A stretch of 64,000 nucleotides of DNA from Octopus vulgaris (Eukaryota), in contig OX597822.1 in the NCBI GenBank assembly GCA_951406725.2, positions 101,804,001-101,868,000 of the forward strand. The letters are read 5' to 3'. The notes under the pieces were generated by a model that ran no database searches, was not told the origin of the DNA, and saw only the letters and a list, made by a program, of their open reading frames with translations. This document shows, in pieces, positions 56,268-64,000 of this stretch (positions within the stretch are counted from its first letter, which is position 1; every line of letters begins with the position of its first letter). Position numbers and translations under genes: made by a program.

Positions 56268-56392
56268 CTAGCAGTATCGCCCGGCGTTGCTCGGGTTTGT
56301 AAGGGAAATAACTATATAAGCATTTTGAGAGAGTTATAGCCAAAAAATAGCAAAAAACGCATTAAAAACGGAAAAAAAACTATGGTAAATTT
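56268..56392 (-). mobile_element. Helitron 3' end, second copy
   Basis: CCCGAGCAACGCCGGGCGATACTGCTAG on minus. Confidence 0.75.
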
Positions 56393-56828
56393 TATTTACA
56401 TGGATATATCAATGCATTACAATTTCTATATATCCAGCCACATTTTAAAAGTATACACTCACACACACACACGCACACACACACTCACACACACACTCAC
56501 ACTCACACAAACACACACATATATATACATAAATAACTATACGTATATCAACATCCCCACTCATAACCCAAATATATGCACACATGTGTGTATGTGCAAG
56601 CACGCACGCGTTAGTGATTGTGTGCGTATATATGCATGCATATATGTTTGTGTGTGAGTGTATACGCATATGCAAATATATATATTTATATTTATGTTCA
56701 CATATATATGTTTATATATGTATATGCATATATATATATATATATTATTGTGAATATATATATATATATTGATAGAAATGGCAAAACAACAAAAGCATGA
56801 CTGAGACCTTGATATCATGTAAAAAGAG

Positions 56829-56942
<114 letters not shown>

Positions 56943-57273
56943 TGTATGTATATATAATCACAACTACATTATTTGGGCTCATCGAACTGGAACAGTGTTA
57001 ACAGTTGTGCCACACAATTTCAATAAGGACTTTACAATTACTCATTCTTGGAATACTTTGTGTATGAATTCTGGGTTATAAACAAAGAAAAACCCTGGGA
57101 GTGTTATCATGTTTGTAAAGAAAATAAGTGTTTTCTTTTAGGGTCCACGAATCTCTGTTGGTGTGCTTGATAATTCCATTATATTTCCTTATAAATATTT
57201 GCATACTGTGTTTACCTGGAAATTATGTGCTTGTATATGTCTATATACAGAGAGGAGAAAGTGAGTAGGTGTT

Positions 57274-57314
<41 letters not shown>

Positions 57315-57460
57315 GTATATGTGTATATACTTATAGATAGATATTTGTGAAAATATAATGTACATAGACTTGTGAGTTATGTATCAACGTATGTGTGCAT
57401 ATACCGATACATATATCTAAAATCTTTACCTGTCTCCATATGTTTATGTGTATACATATT

Positions 57461-57509
<49 letters not shown>

Positions 57510-58194
57510 CATATATGTGTGTGTATGTGGGTGGGTGTGCGTGAGTATATGTATATGTATGTGAGTTTGTATATATACACATATACATATACATAAATAC
57601 ACACACAAACTCATACAAACACATATATGCGATTTGTAGTCATCAACTAAGCATGACTAATGGTGTCAAGGCACTTACATTACTAGAAATAAGAGCTAAA
57701 ATTGATGCAATTCCGTTATAAAGAACATAATATGTATTCTGATAGGGGCTGCAACCGCCCTAAACACGAAGCCAAGAATTCTTTACACTCACTGGTTAGT
57801 TTCGGCTATTTCCGTCAGCAACCGTCAGTAAGCCAAGGTCGGGTCGATTTTATTAACTAAAGCCATTCAGAACGTGTTCCAGCGTGGCTACAGCCCAATG
57901 TGTGAAAGTAGTAAAAGAATAAACAAGCTACAATAATATGTAGGTAAACAAGGCTTGAATGAATAATAAAACATCCCACCAAATTCCTTTACATATACGT
58001 AAATACATACACATAAAGATATGTGTATAGATATGTATGTTCTCACACAAACGAATTCTTTTATTGGGCTTAGAAAAACTGAAAGACACAATAGGTGTGT
58101 GAATCTGTGATGAGAATATGTTGAATAAAATCACAATTATCTGATCCTACTGTATTTTCTTTCACCAAAAGCCATGAACTTTTCAGCACATTCT

Positions 58195-58300
<106 letters not shown>

Positions 58301-58318
58301 TCATACTCTCACACACAG

Positions 58319-58359
<41 letters not shown>

Positions 58360-58434
58360 GTATATATGTACGTAAGTTGTATTTAAAATTAAAGTTTAGG
58401 TAGTAGTCTTTAAAGTGTAGTATGCAAATCTTAC

Positions 58435-58561
58435 AAGAATGTCCCGTGTAGTGTACCAACAAAGCAGGTTCACCATGTGCAGGCACCAGGCCTCGTCCGG
58501 GGTAGTGCATTTCAGTTGCCGGATGTATGCAGGGAATTCCTTGGTGAACGTTGAGCGTATT
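58435..58561 (-). CDS. Candidate coding exon of an unidentified gene (IRSTFTKEFPAYIRQLKCTTPDEAWCLHMVNLLCWYTTRDIL)
   Basis: GC-rich island bounded by CACTTAG acceptor and GTAAGA donor; open frame rich in C/G-ending codons; a second frame is also open. Confidence 0.45.
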
Positions 58562-58615
58562 CTAAGTGATTAATACGGAAGACCAGTATTCTCTGTCTTC
58601 TGTACTAATCATTTA

Positions 58616-58666
<51 letters not shown>

Positions 58667-58880
58667 TTCGGTGTGGATGGTTTGGTTAAGCGGTGTCTAG
58701 GGTTATAATTCTGTAAATAATAATAATGGTATTTTTATATAACCTTTAAGCTTATAAAAATATGCTATTATATATATAGATATGTGTGTGTATGTGTGTG
58801 TGCATGTATATATAAATATGTATATATATATTTATATATATATACGTATATATTTATATATATATACGTATATATATATA

Positions 58881-58937
<57 letters not shown>

Positions 58938-58970
58938 ATTTATATGTATATATATGCATATATATAAATG

Positions 58971-59036
<66 letters not shown>

Positions 59037-59045
59037 GGGGGAGAG

Positions 59046-59130
<85 letters not shown>

Positions 59131-60061
59131 TTGTATGTATGTATGTATGTATGCATTTATATATGTGCGCATGTATATATTTATGTTTGTGTATGAATGT
59201 AAATTTCGCATTGTTTGTTTAGTAACAAATAAAAGCAGTATTGTTATACTTCGGAGTAATCCCATAATTAAAATCTACAAACATACACGCCACTCGCTAT
59301 TTCGTATTTTTTTTCATCCATGCTTTTCTTGTGACCTCTTGAATGGATTTTAACAATCAAAACGATACATGCGTTTTCTTATTTTTGCACCTCTGTGTTG
59401 TGATATCGTATATATTTTTTTATCTTGCATTCTTTAGCTATTGTCAACGCCGCGTGCGTGCATATGTGTATGTACGAGATGGTCTTATGTTATCCTTATG
59501 CTTATATAATGCAGGGACAGGTTGTGTTTTTTTTAGCAGCAATTTATATTACTATTTTTCGTTACTATCGATCCTTTCTAAAGATCCAAAAGACCCCACA
59601 TTACGATGACTGAAGAGGCTATACAAATTGAGGAAGCAGTATCAGCTTCCAAATATTCGTGCACACAACTAATGCATAGGAATAAATGCGAGAAGCCTTA
59701 ACCTCAATAAATAAATAACGACTAAACTTATACGACATCATCTATCACATACATGCTAATTTAGAGAGGCAATACGATACAATAACACAGATGAAAAACG
59801 GTAAAAGGTCGAGAAATGATAATCCTTTGAAAATCAAAAACCATTGAAAGGAATAGTGAGACGAAATCTTTCCGGCGAAAAAACGCAAGTAAAATGGAAA
59901 CGACAATCGTGGGTTTGTGTAATGTACCTAGAGTGTAATGGTATATTCCATCCAGTATATCAGAGCATATATGTATGTGTGCGTGTCTGGGTGTGTATGT
60001 TTTTATTCACTTATGTATATATGAATGAATGTATGCATGTATGTACATATGTATGAATGTA

Positions 60062-60113
<52 letters not shown>

Positions 60114-60226
60114 CATGCATATATATATATACATATGTATACACACATCTATATATATATATACACATATATATATATACATATACATATATATATACAT
60201 ATATGCATATATATATATTATATATA

Positions 60227-60289
<63 letters not shown>

Positions 60290-60464
60290 ATATATATGTA
60301 TACAACAGTGACAAGCTAGATCTCTAAGAAGTTTTTCTTCCTGATACCTTAGTAGCTTCTAAGCTGAAGTGAAGATAGCATGTTCTTTGTCTATCTCCTT
60401 ACCTTCTGGGTAAAATTATACAAATGTGTCCATCTGTTTTAATTTAAGTTAATTCTATGTATTT

Positions 60465-60552
60465 ATGCCGCTGAAGATTGCTCTACATTAAAATTGATGT
60501 AATGGTTGCATTGTTCAATTAAATGGAGCCGCTTGAAACGATCGTACTGCAT
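60465..60552 (+). ncRNA. Type I hammerhead ribozyme-like motif
   Basis: ATGCCG-CTGAAGA...GAAACGATCGTA-CTGCAT; stem II GCTC/GAGC and AATTGA/TCAATT. Confidence 0.55.
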
Positions 60553-60762
60553 TACGTCTGGATATCCTGTTGTTTAATTTGATTCTTTCACCTTATTTTG
60601 AAATTGTATGGATAATACCGTATTAAATTCTGGGGCGTCAACTTAAGTACTTAATTCATCCGAATCTAAATTTTTGCTATACATACAAAATATATATAAA
60701 TAAATCTATACACACACACATGTACATACTTACATAAATATATCTGCATGTATATATATATA

Positions 60763-60815
<53 letters not shown>

Positions 60816-60819
<4 letters not shown>

Positions 60820-62176
60820 AAACAAGTCAAAATAGAAAATGCTAAAATAATTTTATAAAGAACATTTCAGTACCGGTTTCGGTCATTTTGAGACCTTTTC
60901 AACTGTAACGATTAAATAATTAAATTTAGAAAAATTAAAAGAAAAGTTTTTTTAAAGGAATATTTGTATAGTGTTCAAATATAAGTGGCATTCTGCCTTT
61001 CTCTGTCTCCCTTGTTTGCACTTGTGTGTTCGAGGCCGTTGTGAATTATTGGTAGGGTAGAAGAAGAAGAAGAAGGTTGATGAGGAGAGGAGGTGGAAAA
61101 ATTTGGGACTGCCTTGATGGTCGTATTTTGAATGGTCAGTGGCGGCTAGCAGTTGCAGTTCAATTCAGGAGAATATTTCTATTGAAAGGTTTGTTTATGG
61201 AATTTGCGTAGGTGTTATACTAAAAAGCATTAGTGATAAAGTTAAGAGGTAGAAGGTGGAGAAGAAGAAGAAGAAGAAGAAGAAGAAGAAGAAGAAGATG
61301 ACGATGTTGATGATGATGATGATGATGATGATGAAGAAGAAGGAGAAGGAGAAGGAGAAGAAGAAGATGATGATGATGGTGATGATGACGACGATGATGA
61401 TGATAATGATGATGATGAAGAAGAAGAGGGAGAAGAAGAAAAAAGAGAAGGGAGAATATGAATGGGTGAAAGTAGTGAGGTGTTGTATGACTTGAAGTTG
61501 GCACGTTATGGGTTATAGCTGTGATTGGGGCTGATTTGTAATGGATTCTTTGGAATGTAATATGTGTATGTGTATATTTCTTTTATTCTAAAGTTGAGGT
61601 ATATTAATCGTTTGTCGTAGACCCGTTAAGAAGTGGCCTGTATTTTGTAATAAAGAGAGTTTCTTTACTTATTGGTTGTCTCGAGGTTGCATCGTCCCTA
61701 AATTTGTAGAGGGGGAAAATCCTGAAGCCTGGTGTTTTGTTGTTGGCGCAAGTATCTATGTGTTGGCTGAAAGCTATTTTTTCTGTTTTGGGGAATTTTT
61801 ATCTGGGATCTGTGCAGGGCCATTCTTTTACGCAAACTATTTTTTGTTTGGCCTACGTACTGCTCTTGACACCCGGAGCAGGTTAGTGAGTATATTAGGT
61901 TCTCCGAAGCACATATGAAGTTGCTTTTCACTGAAAACCGTTGTCCCTGTTTGAAGGAGAACTCTGATCCCTCAATTAGATAATGGCATATCCCGCAATT
62001 GGGTCTTCCACATTTTTTTACTGTCGGCTTCTGTGTTGAAGAGTGTATTCGGGCTTGTGTTAGGAGACTTTTCATAGATTTAGGCTGTCTCTTGCTTTTT
62101 ATGATCGTGTGTGTTTGGAGGATTGTGTTCATTCTGTGGTCGTTTTTAGGAGGGGTATGTGTGGAGGATGGCGCCG

Positions 62177-62177
<1 letters not shown>
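60816..62177 (-). mobile_element. Penelope-like element (Neptune type): GIY-YIG end plus 3' region
   Basis: [48 protein letters not shown]; (TA)n at both ends; homologous to the 44935 copy. Confidence 0.88.
60864..60908 (-). ncRNA. Minimal hammerhead variant at the PLE 3' end
   Basis: CAG-TTGAAAA-GGTC-TCAAAAT-GACC-GAAACCGGTA-CTG. Confidence 0.6.
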
Positions 62178-62214
<37 letters not shown>

Positions 62215-62351
62215 CATACATATAGACATATATATATACATACATGCATGCATGCATACATACATATATACGTACATACATACATAGATACATACATACA
62301 TATATGCCAGCTAAGGTGAGCGCCTTCTACTATAGCTTTGACTTTTCTTTT

Positions 62352-62397
<46 letters not shown>

Positions 62398-62460
62398 CCC
62401 CCACCACCACTCCATTAAATCTGCCTAAATGCATAAATACCAGAACTTATTTTGACAGCC

Positions 62461-62511
62461 AGCTTCCTGAAGATTTCATCTGAACGAAACAGTTCTAGTC
62501 CTGTAGAAGCT
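62461..62511 (+). ncRNA. Type I hammerhead ribozyme
   Basis: AGCTTC/GAAGCT stem I, CTGAAGA core, TTC/GAA stem II, GAAA, CAG/CTG stem III, GTA cleavage triplet. Confidence 0.7.
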
Positions 62512-62599
62512 CCTTCTATAAAATAAAAAGTATATATATATATACACATATATGTGTGAGTGTATGTATGTTCCTTTCTGTTTTTTAATTATTTGAATT

Positions 62600-63400
62600 C
62601 TACCTCTGCGCAAGTATCTGGTTTCTAACGAAGTTATATGCTCCATCACAAGAATGTAGATAACGTAAACAATTTCACTATTTAACTTCGAAAAAAGTCT
62701 TGCATATATTTGCTGTTCTGCTTACACATTGTATTTTTAATATGCGAGTTAGTTTCTTGATTTCTTTCTCTGAAAATCCCAGCTTGTCTCGATTGTCACT
62801 CAGATATTCTCTTATAAAATCAAGTGAACCAGTTATTATTGCTATGAATGTGATTTCATAATCTGCACTTAATGAATATTTCATATTTATCCCCTTTCTG
62901 TTTGATTTTCAAAGAGATATTCACATCAGCAGGACAGCTAACCTCGCTGACGGCACATTCTGTTTCTTGTCTGTCTCCAATATCCGACTTGTTATGTTTA
63001 GACTTGGCAGTTATATGGGTGAGAAGATTCCACCAGTATTCTTTGTATTCAATAACAGTAAGTATTCAATAACAGAGGGATTCTCTCTATTTGTTCCAGG
63101 AGTCTTTTTTACGAATGGCATTTTATACTGTTTTTGCGACAGCATCGCGTCGCATATGAAGGTAATACCTTAATGACAGTTTTGGGTAGCTGTTAATTAC
63201 ATGTGTTATGCCTTTGACATAAATATCACAATTTACATTTTCTATTGCATCTTAGAGCTCCAAAGGATCCACTCTCTTTTGTTTATTAGGTATTTCGTAG
63301 CAATCTCCTGTTCTTGGATTGCAGATGCATAGCCTTGGAAATGCAATGTGAATGTAGCGATCATGAGTCCAAGAGAAGCTCTGGATAAGGTTAAAATTAC
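62600..63400 (-). mobile_element. R4-like RLE non-LTR element 3' part
   Basis: HFQGYASAIQEQEIATKYL, ITHVINS.PK..RYYL.MR.D, EYWWN, EVSCPADVNI..K..KY, TANICKTFF*. Confidence 0.8.
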
Positions 63401-63404
63401 TGAC

Positions 63405-63755
63405 GTCTCCCAGTCCGGTTGTCAAGCGGTAGTGGGGGACAAACACCGAAACAACAGCACACACACACACATACACATACGAAGGGCTTCTTGCAGTTTC
63501 CCTCTGCTAAATCTTCTCACAAGAAACTATGAGCACTCCACAGACACGCGTGTCCTTAAAGTACTTCTCAGAGAGATTCATTGTGACACAAGATGTGGCA
63601 AGGTTGGCCCCTTGAATTGCAGGTACAACTCATTTCTGCCAGCTAAGCGAACTGGAAAAACACGAATTAAAGTCTTTTGATCAAGGACACAGCGAGCCGC
63701 AGGCAATGGGTCTCACAATCGTGAGTTCAATACTCAAACAACTAAGCCGCGCGTT
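63405..63755 (-). mobile_element. Old SINE fragments (family A and C pieces)
   Basis: Diverged matches. Confidence 0.55.
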
Positions 63756-63799
63756 TTCACTGAGTGTGCAAGTGTGTGTGTATGTGTGTACAGATATGA

Positions 63800-64000
63800 A
63801 AGGCGGCGAGCTGGCAGAAACGTTAGCACACCGGGCGAAATGCTTAGCGGTATTGCGTCTGTCGTTCCGTTCTGAGTTCAAATTCCGCCGAGGTCGACTT
63901 TGCCTTTCATCCTTTCGGGGTCGATAAATTAAGTGCCAGTTACGCACTGGGGTCGATGTAATCGACTTAATCCGTTTGTCTGTCCTTGTTTGTCCCCTCT
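63800..64000 (+). mobile_element. SINE family B, runs off the window
   Basis: Sequence match. Confidence 0.9.

Overview
Eukaryotic, AT-rich, extremely repeat-dense window with no long genuine ORF. The SINE, microsatellite and LINE content looks like an octopus/cephalopod genome; that assignment is inference from repeat families. It is dominated by: four tRNA-headed SINE families with swappable tails; many microsatellites; decayed non-LTR retrotransposons (an inverted L1/Tx1-like copy, a stack of R4/Dong-like RLE elements in TAA arrays, L2-like and RTE-like remnants); two Neptune-type Penelope-like elements (PLEs); an internally deleted mariner; a MITE carrying telomeric repeats; and non-autonomous Helitrons. 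Most long ORFs in the supplied track are microsatellite artefacts. Notable signals are (i) at least four type-I hammerhead ribozyme folds, plus weaker variants, next to PLEs and (TA)n arrays; (ii) a SINE whose 3' tail matches the 3' end of the L1/Tx1-like LINE in the same window; (iii) several locally templated duplications; and (iv) a few phase-compatible candidate exons of an unidentified minus-strand host gene.
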